From positions 97,092,001-97,156,000 of the forward strand of contig NC_043003.1 of assembly GCF_006345805.1 (NCBI RefSeq): DNA of 64,000 nt, in the 5' to 3' direction. Position 1 is the stretch's first letter; each line of letters opens with the position of its first letter. This DNA is from Octopus sinensis (lineage: Eukaryota). The notes beneath the pieces are model-generated. The model saw only the letters and a program-made list of their open reading frames with translations, made no database searches and was not told the DNA's origin. This document shows positions 38,305 through 50,992 of the stretch, one piece after another. A program made the position numbers and the translations under genes.

Positions 38305-38351
38305 TATATATATATGTGTGTGTGTGTGTGTGTGGTGTGTGTGTGTGTGTG

Positions 38352-38382
<31 letters not shown>

Positions 38383-38401
38383 TGTGTGTGCGCGCGTGTG
38401 T

Positions 38402-38594
38402 GTACATTATTTACATTTGACGGATATTTGCCCTCATATTGTTTGTTGTTAACACAATGTTTCGGCTGATATGCCCTCCATCCTTCATCAGGTGTCTTGG
38501 GGAAATTCCGAACCAAGGTTCTCATTCCTAAGGTATTTTTCGATGTTATTATTATTATCATTATCATTATTATTATTAATATTATTATTATTAA

Positions 38595-38648
<54 letters not shown>

Positions 38649-38755
38649 CATCATTATTATTATTATATTATTATTATTATATTATTATTATTATTATCAT
38701 CATCATCATTATCATTATTATTATTATTAATATATTATTATTATTATTATTATTA

Positions 38756-38787
<32 letters not shown>

Positions 38788-38917
38788 TATTATTATATTA
38801 TTATTATTATTAATATTATCATTATTATTATTATTATTATTATTATATATTATTATTATTATCATTATTATTCAGGTCACTGCCTGGAATCGCACTCGGA
38901 ATCTTGGGTTTACTAGC
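38402..38917 (-). mobile_element. tRNA-like head + (AAT)n + HHR-bearing pLTR-like tail
   Basis: Partial tRNA-like head at 38878-38917; HHR at 38451-38496; homologous to 50611-50893. Confidence 0.7.
38451..38496 (-). ncRNA. Minimal type I HHR-like motif
   Basis: GACAC CTGATGA A GGATG GAGGGCATAT CAGCC GAAA CAT T GTGTT. Confidence 0.6.
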
Positions 38918-39614
38918 ACATACATACATACATACATACATACATTTATATATACGATAAGATACGGTTATATAGTATATTTGTGGCAGTATATTTGTCT
39001 TTGTGTTTGTATATATGAATATGTGTACGTGTGAATATGTGTACTAATAGTGTGATTAAATTATGTTTTGGCAGTAAATGATTGTTGTATATGAAACATA
39101 TATACAAGAATACGGGGAAATATATTCCCGTTTCCCTCTCCAGAAACGCAGTAAGGCTTGAATTATGAGTTGTATGATGATTATAAAGTCGCCAGCAGTA
39201 GACTAAAATTAAAACTGAGGCATAGTAAAAAGAAAGCCGTCATCTTGATAAAACTAACGTTGGCCTCACTATTGTAACTGTACACCTCCACTAACTCCTC
39301 TAATCCAAGTGATTATGTTCAATTATATAGTATTCTTGCTCTTTTATAGGGATGGGTTGTACCCACCGTCGTACTATTTAGTCAGATAAACTAAGTAAAT
39401 GTTGAAATATGGGTTAAAGCCACTGTGCAGTCTTGTTGACTGTACATGACAGGAATGTGTGAGTTTACAGAAGTTACATGATGATTCTTCTACTGAGAAT
39501 TAGAACCAAGTTTCAGAATCCTTAACACTGTTCTACATCAACAACAACCTATAATACAGATTGGTAGTAAGTAAATAATTTTATTTAGTTTAAAAGTGGG
39601 TGAAGAATAACGTC

Positions 39615-39835
39615 ATTGAAACAGCATTAGTTTCAAATTTTTGCACAAGGGCAGCTTTTCGCAGAAGAGGTAAGTCGATTACATCGAACCCAATGCTCTA
39701 CTGGTACTTATTTGATCGATCCCGAAAGGAAAAACGGCAAAGTCGACCTCGGCGCAATTTGAACTTAGAAAGTAAAGACGGATGAAATGCCACTAAAATT
39801 GTTGCCCGACGTGCTCACGATTCTGCCAGATGGAC
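39615..39835 (-). mobile_element. SINE family A (alternative tail), diverged
   Basis: Family match; TATTGAAACA-like flanking repeat. Confidence 0.8.
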
Positions 39836-39989
39836 GCCATGTTATTGAAACAATATTCAAATGTTATTAGAACATTCATTGTAAAATAATGTACAATAAT
39901 TTTGAACTCTTGACTTTTTATGGTTTATTTCCATTTGTTACGTACATAGATAAGCATTAGTTGATGATTCAATATAGATAAGTGCGGGC

Positions 39990-40330
39990 GAAGTTTTGTG
40001 GTAAGAAATGTGCTTCCTAACTGCATGATTCTAGGTACAGTGCCACTAGTGGTGCCTTAGGCAAGTGTCTTTTACTATATCACTGGCCTAACCAAAGAAT
40101 TGTGAGTGGATCTGGTAGACGGAAACTGAAAGAATCTCGTAGTATATATGTATGTTTGTGTTTGTCACCACAACATCGCATAAGAAACTATGTTGGTTTG
40201 TGTACGTCCGGTAACTGATCGGTTCTGCAAAATGAATCGATAGAATAAATACTTAGGTCGATTTGTTCGACTAAACACGTTAAGGTGGTGCCCAAGTATG
40301 GCCGTAGTTCAATCATCAAAATAAGTAAAG
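39990..40330 (+). mobile_element. SINE family B, diverged
   Basis: Family match. Confidence 0.75.
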
Positions 40331-40656
40331 AATAAACGATAAATAATTCAACCAAATTCAATCACCGCACCAATAATGAATGCAGATAATTTAGAACCTT
40401 CTGTGGATTCATGTAACCCCTTCCATTGTGAGAACAACAATTACTGAAAGAAAACCTAATTTATTCTTCGAATATAGAATTTGATCATGTTAGCACCATC
40501 ATAATTTATGGAAACAACCTGTTGAATTCAGAAAATATTTAGTGAGAAAACAAATACATTTGAAAATCAATAAAACCACGACAAATATTGAGACGTCATT
40601 TAAATTCAAATATAGTTGAGTCTTTAGAGAAGATTTGAACGAATATAGCACATTAA

Positions 40657-41004
40657 CCCTTCGCCAGTTCTATCTTATGTATCACATGTGTTACATAGGA
40701 TATATTTTTCTGGTGTCTATGCATCATATTCGATATACATTCCCAATTTTTTTTTATCAACCACGGGAATAAAGAGAAAATTATGAAAGGAAAGCTTTAC
40801 ATTATTCAAAACATATGAAACAAGGGTTAACAAACAGTATGAAAACGAACATGGACATTTAGGGCAAACTTATGAAAAGGCTTTGGGCAGGCAAAGAGTT
40901 AAGGAATCATTTATCACATGAACTAAGGACACTGAAAAATCATCTTAGATGAACTGGAAAAGACGGCTTAGGAATGGAAGAAAATGCTTTAGACAGGCAA
41001 AGGG
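40657..41004. mobile_element. piggyBac-type MITE
   Basis: TTAA|CCCTTCGCC ... GGCAAAGGG|TTAA; extra internal right end at about 40888-40902. Confidence 0.6.
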
Positions 41005-42854
41005 TTAAGCAAGGAGTGATACTAGAGTAACTCGACCGGAAAGGATCCAAGTGAATATGTTCTACAGTAGTTGTTTACTGTTCCAGCTTTAAAGTAACTG
41101 GGTTAACTTTTGAGATATTCAGTCTCGGTCTGTATTTAAAGAAGATCAAGATACGCTACTCTGCTTAACTTTTCCAATTCTGTATGTTCTTCGGGGAGTT
41201 TGTGAATTTGTACTTCCAAAACCATAATTGAAAATGTCATGCTTAAAAACAATAAAATTCTGTAAGATAGAGAAAAAAGTCTGTGTGTGTATCGTATGAT
41301 ACACGAAGGAATATTTGACTAATGCTGCTTGTCATATTTCTGCACCCCGGTTGATATCACGAGAGCGCTAGCTTTTTCTTAATTTGTCGAGATTAGACAC
41401 TTGTCGATCAATAATAATGCTTGTAAACTAGCCAACATCACACTAACAAATTAATTGAACTAATTACATTTATAATTACTCAGCAACTTTTGGTCTTTTG
41501 ATTGAACACAAGACCATATCTTTAAAAAGGGAGGCGGTGAATATTTTACGAAATTGACACTAGTCTCAACTTTTAGAAGTTTAATGTATGATTTAATAGT
41601 GCCTTTCGACCTTAACGCTGCAATGGAACCCCAAATATTCGTTACAACATCCATTATAACCAATATATACACGCACATGCACACACATACCTACATATAT
41701 GTGTGTGGTGGTGTGTGTATGTGTACATTCGACGCAGCAGCTGCGGACTGGTCTCGTGGTTGGCAGGCTCCGCACCAGAGAGCTAGACGTAATTGGGGAA
41801 GATCTCTAGAGGCTCGGCGTCCCCTTGGAAGGATGCAGAGGGGTTGACTCGGGACCCTGGTCGGCTCTACGCATGATGACGTCTCTGGGACCACTGCAGT
41901 TGGAATGAACCCAGCCCCATCAAGCAAGATAATGAAGCAGGCAAGCAAGAGTCACATATATATATCTACCAAAAAGTACAATGTTATTGTTGTGGGGAGT
42001 GAAAAAAGCCAAAGTTTCTTCCGGGAATAGTTGGCAAGAGTGAATTTCATTTCATGTATCGTATTTACCTATATATACATCGGTGTGTGAGAGCGTGTGT
42101 AAATGTGTGTGTATGTGTGCGTGTGCGTGCGTGCGTGTGTATGTGTTTGTACAATTTTGTAGAGTAAGCTAATAGTCGACGGGTCTTATCTGGAAAATCC
42201 CGAAACCGCCCTCTAAGTGTCCAGAAGCATCATCAACAACATCAGTGATACGTATCTTGTAACGATAAATACACACACGTGCACGCACACACACACACAC
42301 ATATATAGTGTCGGTGTGTGTGTATCTATGTAAATATCCATATATGTATGTTTGCGTTTGTGTGTGTACATGTGTGTATGTACACACATATTTTTGCACG
42401 TATATGTTTAAATTGCGCAAGACACTGGCATCTGTCATTACCTAGAGACCAACTATTCTATTTCCTCCTTTAATATTCATTCCATTTACTTCATATCCAC
42501 ATCTTTTACTTACGTATGCAATCTATTGTTTTTTTATGGCCTATTGATCTAGCTAACCTAACAATTAACAACAATACTGCATTGTCACACACATACAGAT
42601 ATAGAAACCCTAGATTATTTTTTTTTAAACTGAAAACATTTTAAAGATGTTCATGTATGTGTATGTAAATGTATCTAAAATCCGTGAAGTGCATTTTTGG
42701 GGCATCAAATTTGATAAAAAATATTTTAACAACATTTCACAATCGTAATATCGTTCTTCAAACTAGGTGGAAACGAGTAACTTGAAATCATGGTACATAT
42801 TATATATATATATATATATATATTTATAATAGGATTAGCTCGTATACGAGTAGG

Positions 42855-43087
42855 TATATATTTGTAAAAAATGAAGTTCGAAAATGCTGCTGTATTATAC
42901 AATTTTTAATTTTTATGTATACATTATAACATGTTTCAGTTCCTGAAATGAACCTTATCAAAAAAAGTTATATAACTTTTTTGATAAGGTTCATTTCAGG
43001 AACTGAAACATGTTATAATGTATATATAAAAATTAAAAATTGTATAATACAGCAGCATTTTCGAACTTCATTTTTTACAAATATATA
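42855..43087. repeat. About 233-bp near-perfect palindrome with paired atypical HHR-like motifs
   Basis: Centre AAGTTATATAACTT; each arm TTGATAA G GTTC ATTTCAG GAAC T GAAA CATG TT. Confidence 0.9.
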
Positions 43088-43089
43088 TA

Positions 43090-43600
<511 letters not shown>

Positions 43601-43860
43601 AAAGGTATTTAAAACAAAATAAGAAAGTATTAACAAAATGTAATGAGAATAAAAATATTATATATCATTTAAGTGATGAAGAAACATCTGCAACACCAGA
43701 CTTTATGGAAACATATAAATCTTAATTTTTAACAAGAAATTTCTATAGATGCACAAATTATAGAAACAATGAAATTAAAAGAATACACAAAAACCACATC
43801 ACTATTCGCGGTACTGGTATCGATTGGTTGAACAGTATGAATTATCATTATTTTGAAATA

Positions 43861-44009
43861 GCTGCGTGGTAAGAAACTTGCTTCCCAACCATGTGTTCTT
43901 AGGTTCAATCCCACAGCGCGGTAAATTGGACAAGTGTTTTCTATTATAGTACCGTGCTGACCAAAGCTTTTGTGAGTGGATTTCGCAGATGGAAACTGCA
44001 AAAGGCTCG

Positions 44010-44081
<72 letters not shown>

Positions 44082-44356
44082 GTATGTATGTATATATATA
44101 TATGTGTAGATAGATTGATAGATACGTGTGTGTCTGTGTCAGTGCGTGCGTATGTTTGTCTCCACCGCCACTTTACAACCAGAGTTGGTTTGTGTACGTC
44201 TCCCTAACTTAACGGTTTGGAAAAACGACAACGACAAAATAAGTGCCAGGCTTTTAAAAAAATAGTGCTGGGATCCATTTGTTCGACTAGCCCCTTTAAA
44301 ATCGGTGCCCCATCATGGCCACAGTCTAAAGTCTGAACAAGTAAATGGTAAAAGAT
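43861..44356 (+). mobile_element. SINE family B, diverged
   Basis: Family match. Confidence 0.8.
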
Positions 44357-44439
44357 AATTAAATAGAATGAAGTATCTAACAATGAAAGTATTTACATTT
44401 AGCATTATGGTTCTGATAGCCATCCGTAGTTAAGGTTGA

Positions 44440-44900
44440 TGGTTTTCTTAAAAGGTTTTCATGCTGTCAGATGTATCTACATGAATTTGAAGGAAGGGAG
44501 TGAGCCTGTATGAGATGCCATTGATGTTGTTAAGGTTCCATTTAAACTGTTGCACATCAGCACCTGCATTAAAGGCATGAACGGGAAGAAGATTCCAGTG
44601 GGATCGATGAATAGGGAAAGAAGGATTAGGCATGGTAAATAGTATTGAGAGAGTAGAGTCGGACGCACCAAGGATGAAGAGAAGTGGAGGGATGAGTGGT
44701 TTTGGATACGAGACTGCCCAGCGCTGGAGGAGCTGAAGCCATGATAATAGTGATGGAAGAGACAGAGAGATGGGACAGCTCATCTGTGGGCCAGACGCTG
44801 GAGTGTGTCCGTTAGTGATGGAGTACCAATCAGCCAATTGACCTTTCACTGGATGTAGCCCAGGATGCCAGTGCGCGTAGCAGTAACGTCTCACAAATGA
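44440..44900 (-). mobile_element. CR1/L2-group LINE 3' remnant
   Basis: QPLAHR*AVPSLCLFHHYYHG and HWNLLPVHAFNAGADVQQFKWNLN. Confidence 0.75.
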
Positions 44901-45036
44901 GAGCTGTACTCTGTGTCTTGCCGACGTTTGCTCATCTGATCGGACACACGCACACACACACACACACATACACACACACACACACACAAACACACGTACA
45001 CACACGCACACATGCATACACATGACAATATATTGA

Positions 45037-45249
45037 TTTCAAATTTTGGCACAAGGCTAGAAATTTTGAGGTGAGGGGTTAAGTCGATTACTTCGACCCC
45101 AGTATTCAACTGGTACTTATTTTATCGATCCCGAAAGAATGAAAACTAAAGTCGACCTCGGCAGAATTTGAACTCAGAACATAAAAACGGACGAAATGCT
45201 GCAAAGCATTTTGCCCGCTGTGCTAACGATTCTGCCAGCTCGCTGCCTT
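45037..45249 (-). mobile_element. SINE family A (alternative tail), 19-bp TSD
   Basis: ACACA(T/C)GACAATATATTGA at 45018-45036 and 45251-45269. Confidence 0.9.
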
Positions 45250-45625
45250 CACACACGACAATATATTGACACACGATCTAATTAACTTGAAAGAAAATTA
45301 ACAGGTGAAGATCTGCTAGACTGAAGCTGCAAGTAAATAAAATAGACTTGATAGCAGGGCTACGAGAATAAACAGTTTGTAAACAAGTTATAATTTAATA
45401 AATAACATTCTGAATTCAGTTATAGAAGCGGTGAAATTACCACATTAAATAAAAATTATAGCACTGTACATGATATCCGAATGTAATCTTTGCGATCAAT
45501 TTTCAAAACATTAATCGATAATAAAATGATTTAAATGCCAGATTATATCTTTAACATCACTTCATGGTTAGGGCTCATGAAATTAAATTGATGGATCCGT
45601 GTTTCTCACTAGGCTATTTCTACAT

Positions 45626-45950
45626 ATGAAGATGGACTGAAAAGTTCATAGGCTGACTATAAAAGAGTGGTGTTTGAGCTGCGAAATCTTGCATGTATTA
45701 ATTTCAGCCATTTTTATTAATAACTGCATTGTTTCTTTCCAGTTAAACTAACGTCTGACTGCTCAAAGAAGACTTCAGATGTTACTTGTAGCGACTTTAC
45801 TTGAGAATACACAAAATTTGGCATCGTGGTATTATCAAGTACCTTCAGAAAAAGGGCTTAACCCCCTTAGATATTCATGCTGATATACTTGCTACATAAG
45901 AAGACGTTCCAGCTATATCAACAGTGCAAATGTTGGCTGTGGTATAATGA
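45626..45950 (+). mobile_element. Mariner-like left end and transposase N-terminal remnant
   Basis: KIWHRGIIKYLQKKGLTPLDIHADILAT. Confidence 0.65.
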
Positions 45951-46280
45951 AGGCTGACGATATTGGTTAATAAATAGAAAGAGAATTCAGTGTGAGAGAA
46001 GATATGTCCGTTTATTAGCAAAGCATACGCAGTAATGGCCTCTTACTATTAGGGACCCCAATGTGTTCTTTTAAATTAGAGAGTTCCCGTAATAGTAGGT
46101 GACTAATGAAAGGGAGATAACACCACATTGGCAGATGAATTTAAGAGAGGAACGGGGAGTCTGGGATGACTCAAGGACTGGATTCACCACATGGTGATGA
46201 ATGACAAGCAATTGACTATAAATCAAATAGACAATGCTACGTGCATATCCCATGAGACAATTGAGAATATATGTATGTAA

Positions 46281-46512
46281 TAAGGCGGCGAGCTGGCAGA
46301 AACGCTAGCACGCCGGGCGAAATGCGTAGCCGTATTTCGTCTGCCGTTACGTTCTGAGTTCAAATTCCGCCGAGGTCGACTTTGCCTTTTATCCTTTCGA
46401 GGTCGATAAAATAAGTACCAGTTACGCACTGGGGTCGATGTAATCGACTTGATCCCTTTGTCTGTCCTTGTTTGTCACCTTTGTGTTTAGCCCTTGTGGG
46501 TAGTAAAGAAAT
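46281..46512 (+). mobile_element. SINE family A
   Basis: Family match. Confidence 0.92.
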
Positions 46513-46539
46513 ATGTATGTATGTATGTATGTATGTATG

Positions 46540-46885
46540 TCTCTTCTATTGTTTTTAATTATTCTAAATCTTCCATTGAGGAGTGAGCCGGTTTTCAACA
46601 AAGATACAAGGTTCCATCTTTGGAATGTAGTTAACATAGACAAATCCACATTTGGAACTTGAGAAAAGTCTTCCATATTTTTCTGTTCCACTCACTGATT
46701 GCACCTGTAATGTACGAATCAGCTTATCCAGATTCTCCTTTAAGGATTTACTAACAAAACCTAGCGCTCCAATTATTATCGGTATGAATATTAATTCATA
46801 GTCTGGATATAGAAGCTGGAATATATATCCTCTTTTTATTTGATTTTCAAAGAGATATTTATATTTGCAGGGCAGCTGACCTCTA
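46540..46885 (-). mobile_element. REL-endonuclease LINE 3' end with (CATA)n tail
   Basis: QLLYPDYELIFIPIIIGALGFVSKSLKENLDKLIRTLQVQSVSGT. Confidence 0.8.
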
Positions 46886-46919
46886 TGATGGTACATACTT
46901 TTGTCCCTCAGTCCCAAAC

Positions 46920-46950
<31 letters not shown>

Positions 46951-47070
46951 TGTATTATGTATGTATGTATGTATGTATGTATGTATGCATGTATGTATGT
47001 TTGTATGTATGTATGTACGTATGTATGTATGTTTGTTTGTATGTATGTATGTATGTATGTATGTATGCAG

Positions 47071-47570
47071 GCATGGTCGGGTCGTCAGCGACTAAACCAG
47101 CAACCCCACCAAGCTTGCTTGGTGAGGAGGGTGTTTATTGGACACACTGCGGGATGAAAAGCAAAACCCGTCAAAGGGCGGAGGAACTCTTGAGAGTCAA
47201 CGGCCATCCAATAAATGTCTTAAGGATGTATCATGCGCGGGAACATAGAAATAATCGGACTGAATACCCGATCGCGCGATTAAACCATTGGGAGTGAAGG
47301 ACTCCTAGCTTTTGTTAGGGCATACTTCTAGGAGAAGGTAACTCAGGTAACTGGGATAACTCCGATATAAAACCTGCGGCTCGGTGGTTACCGATGATGT
47401 TGACTTGTTCTTCTTTTCGGATTATGGCTGCTGTTGCTTAGTGAGTGGGATTGACTCAGTGCACTGCCTTTCCTCACTTTAAAAAAAATCTTCTTGCACA
47501 GGCATTGCACGATAACAACATTGATTAAGCTTCGTGCAATGGCCATACTCGATAACGAGGGGCAGCCACC
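47071..47570 (+). mobile_element. RTE-derived 500-bp element, tandem copy 1
   Basis: Homologous to 16636-17140. Confidence 0.75.
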
Positions 47571-47628
47571 ATGTATGTATGTATGTTTGTTTGTATGTAT
47601 GTATGTATGTATGTATGTATGTATGCAG

Positions 47629-48128
47629 GCATGGTCGGGTCGTCAGCGACTAAACCAGCAACCCCACCAAGCTTGCTTGGTGAGGAGGGTGTTTATTGGA
47701 CACACTGCGGGATGAAAAGCAAAACTCGTCAAAGGGCGGAGGAACTCTTGAGAGTCAACGGCCATCCAATAAATGTCTTAAGGATGTATCATGCGCGGGA
47801 ACATAGAAATAATCGGACTGAATACCCGATCGCGCGATTAAACCATTGGGAGTGAAGGACTCCTAGCTTTTGTTAGGGCATACTTCTAGGAGAAGGTAAC
47901 TCAGGTAACTGGGATAACTCCGATATAAAACCTGCGGCTCGGTGGTTACCGATGATGTTGACTTGTTCTTCTTTTCGGATTATGGCTGCTGTTGCTTAGT
48001 GAGTGGGATTGACTCAGTGCACTGCCTTTCCTCACTTTAAAAAAAATCTTCTTGCACAGGCATTGCACGATAACAACATTGATTAAGCTTCGTGCAATGG
48101 CCATACTCGATAACGAGGGGCAGCCACC
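47629..48128 (+). mobile_element. RTE-derived 500-bp element, tandem copy 2
   Basis: Near-identical to copy 1 (558-bp period). Confidence 0.75.
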
Positions 48129-48359
48129 ATGTATGTATGTATGTTTGTTTGTATGTATGTATGTATGTATGTTTGCATGTATGTATGTATGCGTTAATAC
48201 ATGCGGGTGCGATGTAACTACTTTGCGATGAAACTTCAAGTGATATGTTTTAGCGAGGAAATTACTTGCATTGAATTATCCGAATGCCGTACTGTCTGTA
48301 TGCAGTGTTTAATTTATGTAGGCACCCCAGTGAATGATGAGACGTATAGATATTTCAGT

Positions 48360-48412
48360 CACTGATTGAAGAGGACGTGTCTGGGTTCAAACGCTACGGT
48401 CTCTCTACCCAG
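48360..48412 (+). ncRNA. Highly degenerate HHR-like remnant
   Basis: TTGAAGA GGAC GTGTCTGG GTTC AAAC GCTACG GTC; G12 missing. Confidence 0.25.
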
Positions 48413-48828
48413 TTTTATATTATGTCCATGCGCACCCTTTCTCTTCCATTATGGAATAAGTAAATCCTAGGAATATTTTAATATATGTCCTTATGTTTTA
48501 TAGGTTCGGGCACGTGCGACAACACACACACACACAAACACATACATATTCACACATATGTACATATATACATACATTTATATATGTATACATACGTTCA
48601 TATATGTGTTTGTGTTTATATTTTTTTATAAACGCATGCATTTGTGTGTGTATGTGTGTGTGTTTATATTTATTTATAAACGCATGTATTTGTGTGTGTA
48701 TGTGTGTGTTTGTGTGTATGTGTCTGTGCATGTAAGTGAATGTATGTATGCAGGTAATGTGAATGAATGCGTGCAGAAATTACTTTTTCAAACAAGTATC
48801 GTTAGATTTTATTGGGATCATACTACCT

Positions 48829-49061
48829 ATTTCTTTACTACCCACAAGGGGCTAAACACAGAAAGGACAAACAAGGACAGACAAACGGATTAAGTCGATA
48901 ATATCGACCCCAGTGCGTAACTGGTACTTAATTTATCGACCCCCGAAAGGATGAAAGGCAAAGTCGACCTCGGCGGAATTTGAACTCAGAACGTAGCAGT
49001 AGACGAAATACCTCTAAGCATTTCGCCCGGCGTGCTAACGTTTCTGCCAGCTCGCCGCCTT
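48829..49061 (-). mobile_element. SINE family A, 18-bp TSD
   Basis: ATTGGGATCATAC(T/C)ACCT at 48811-48828 and 49063-49080. Confidence 0.93.
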
Positions 49062-49212
49062 CATTGGGATCATACCACCTGTTATATCACACTAATTGCT
49101 TTTGTATATCGTTCATTTAATTGATTTTATTGTCAAATCTCTTTCGTCCTAGCTTGTGTTTCTATTCATTACAGTGTGTGTCTTCCAAGCCTTCTCTACT
49201 GACATAACTTAC

Positions 49213-49236
49213 TTGACTTTTGCTCTTTGTTCTCAA
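49213..49236 (-). other. Candidate 24-nt microexon
   Basis: TCATTTACTAG|TTGAGAACAAAGAGCAAAAGTCAA|GTAAGT on minus; open in phase 0 and 1. Confidence 0.3.
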
Positions 49237-50610
49237 CTAGTAAATGATCAATGTTACAATATTTATATTTACATATTCTATGTGCGTAACTCCAGATACA
49301 AATATATATATATTCACATGCACACATATGCCCACACATACACACACATACAATCAGACACGAATGTTTGTATATAATATCTCTGTGTGTGTGATTATAA
49401 TTGGGATGGGGGTGATGGTACTCTGTGTACTATTGTATGTACTGGGCGATTGTGTATGTAGGATAGATATTGCGTTGAAGATGCATTGAACATTTGGACT
49501 TTGGATTTTAATATTAATTACATTCACACGTATCTAAGTAAATCTACAGTATATGTATGCTTATGTGTGTATTTGTGTGTTGGTATCTATGCTGTTTTTA
49601 GCTTTGCTTCTTGCTTGTCATTTGTTTTTTACGTTTTATTTTTTATTTTTTGCATATCTCATCCTTTCATGTGTGCGCTTTTTAAAATTTATCCTTGTAT
49701 GTATGTATGAGTATGTATATGTATACATTTATGGATATATGTATGCATGCAGTAGTTGATGTCATTTTGAGATTAGAAGAGTACTAAGAAAAATTAAGCT
49801 TGTATACCGTGAAAAAATATATATTCAAACCAGTGTGAGTGAACACTGTTCAGACCGAGTCATACATGTAAGCAAAGCAACACATATGCGGTCATAAGTG
49901 TGTGTAGCTCTGAATCACTATAGGCACCAACTTGTGTATACAAGTTGTAGATATTCAAGTGAGTTTGTACGCTTTTCAGTGCTTGTAGACGAGAAAAAAA
50001 TGAGTCTCGATCCAAAAATGAATTCAGTGATAATGGTTATCTATAAGTAATTAAAAATCCAAGGGTGCCTGGAATTATGGTTATGTATGTTTAATGGGTA
50101 GGATATAAAGTTAATTGGCAATGTTAACCGTCTCAATGAGATAAGCAAGCGTTATGCATTAAAAATAATCTGGCGTAGCCGAGTTCTCGCGAACTGAAAA
50201 TGAAGCAGTGCTATTAAATTGTAGATAGCAGTAGCATCTAACAGAAATGATATCAGGAATTCCTGCTGATAAATGAAGGTAATATAGGCAATAAAATGCA
50301 ATGAGACAAATGTATGTGGTGCGGTATGCTTATATGTATAGTGTGGTGTACCTTGAGGTATTCTAAAAGCATTATGGCAGAATATAGACAAGGAAACAAT
50401 TTTTTTAAATATGTTGAGTAAGTAGGAAAATATGATGATGTATAAAAAATAATTGGCAGTTTAAAACATTTACGTCTCCCATAAAGCCACCCAATCAGAA
50501 ATGCACATTTTCTTTCTCTTTATCAAGCGTTAGAGGTAGTTAACGTTGAATCTTTAATGGTTGGAGAGTAAATGCGAAAGGTATACAAGGTTTTACTATT
50601 CTATATTTTT

Positions 50611-50992
50611 GAGATGAGGAATTATGTACATTATTTAAAATAGACAGATAGGAGTCATCACCTTGTTTGTCGTTACCACAGCATTTCGGCTGATGTACTC
50701 TCCAGTCTTCATCGGGTGTTCTGGTGAAATTTCGAACTCAACCCTTTATTTGACTAATGGAGTACTCTGTTCTCATTCCTTGGGTATTCTTTTTTGTTTT
50801 TGTTGATGTTATTTTCCAAGTCCTGTCTGGGACTGAACTCAGAATCTGAGGGTTAATAGCCCGCGCTGTTATCCACTAGGCTATATGCCCGTCGGCAGAA
50901 TACCTGATGAAGGCTGGAGAGTACATCAGCCGAAACATTGTGGTAACAACAAACAAGGCGAGAGCTCTTATCCGTCCATTGTAAATAATGTA
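50611..50992 (-). mobile_element. tRNA-head/HHR element with an inverted HHR-bearing copy at its 5' end
   Basis: A-box TAGCCTAGTGG and B-box-like GAGTTCAGTCCC on minus (50821-50893); arms 50627-50720 and 50899-50992 are inverted repeats. Confidence 0.8.
50899..50944 (+). ncRNA. Minimal type I HHR-like motif
   Basis: CTGATGA A GGCTG GAGAGTACAT CAGCC GAAA CAT T GTGGT. Confidence 0.6.

Noticed and set aside
38471-39034. 187-aa poly-Leu/Ile/Tyr ORF (membrane-protein-like)
   Set aside because: It is an (ATT)n tract inside a repeat element.
47071-48128. CRISPR-like repeat/spacer pattern
   Set aside because: Eukaryotic context; it is a two-copy tandem of a retroelement with microsatellite linkers and has no unique spacers.
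50821-50893. tRNA gene candidates (this and the SINE heads)
   Set aside because: No complete cloverleaf or acceptor stem; all are SINE-embedded tRNA-derived heads.
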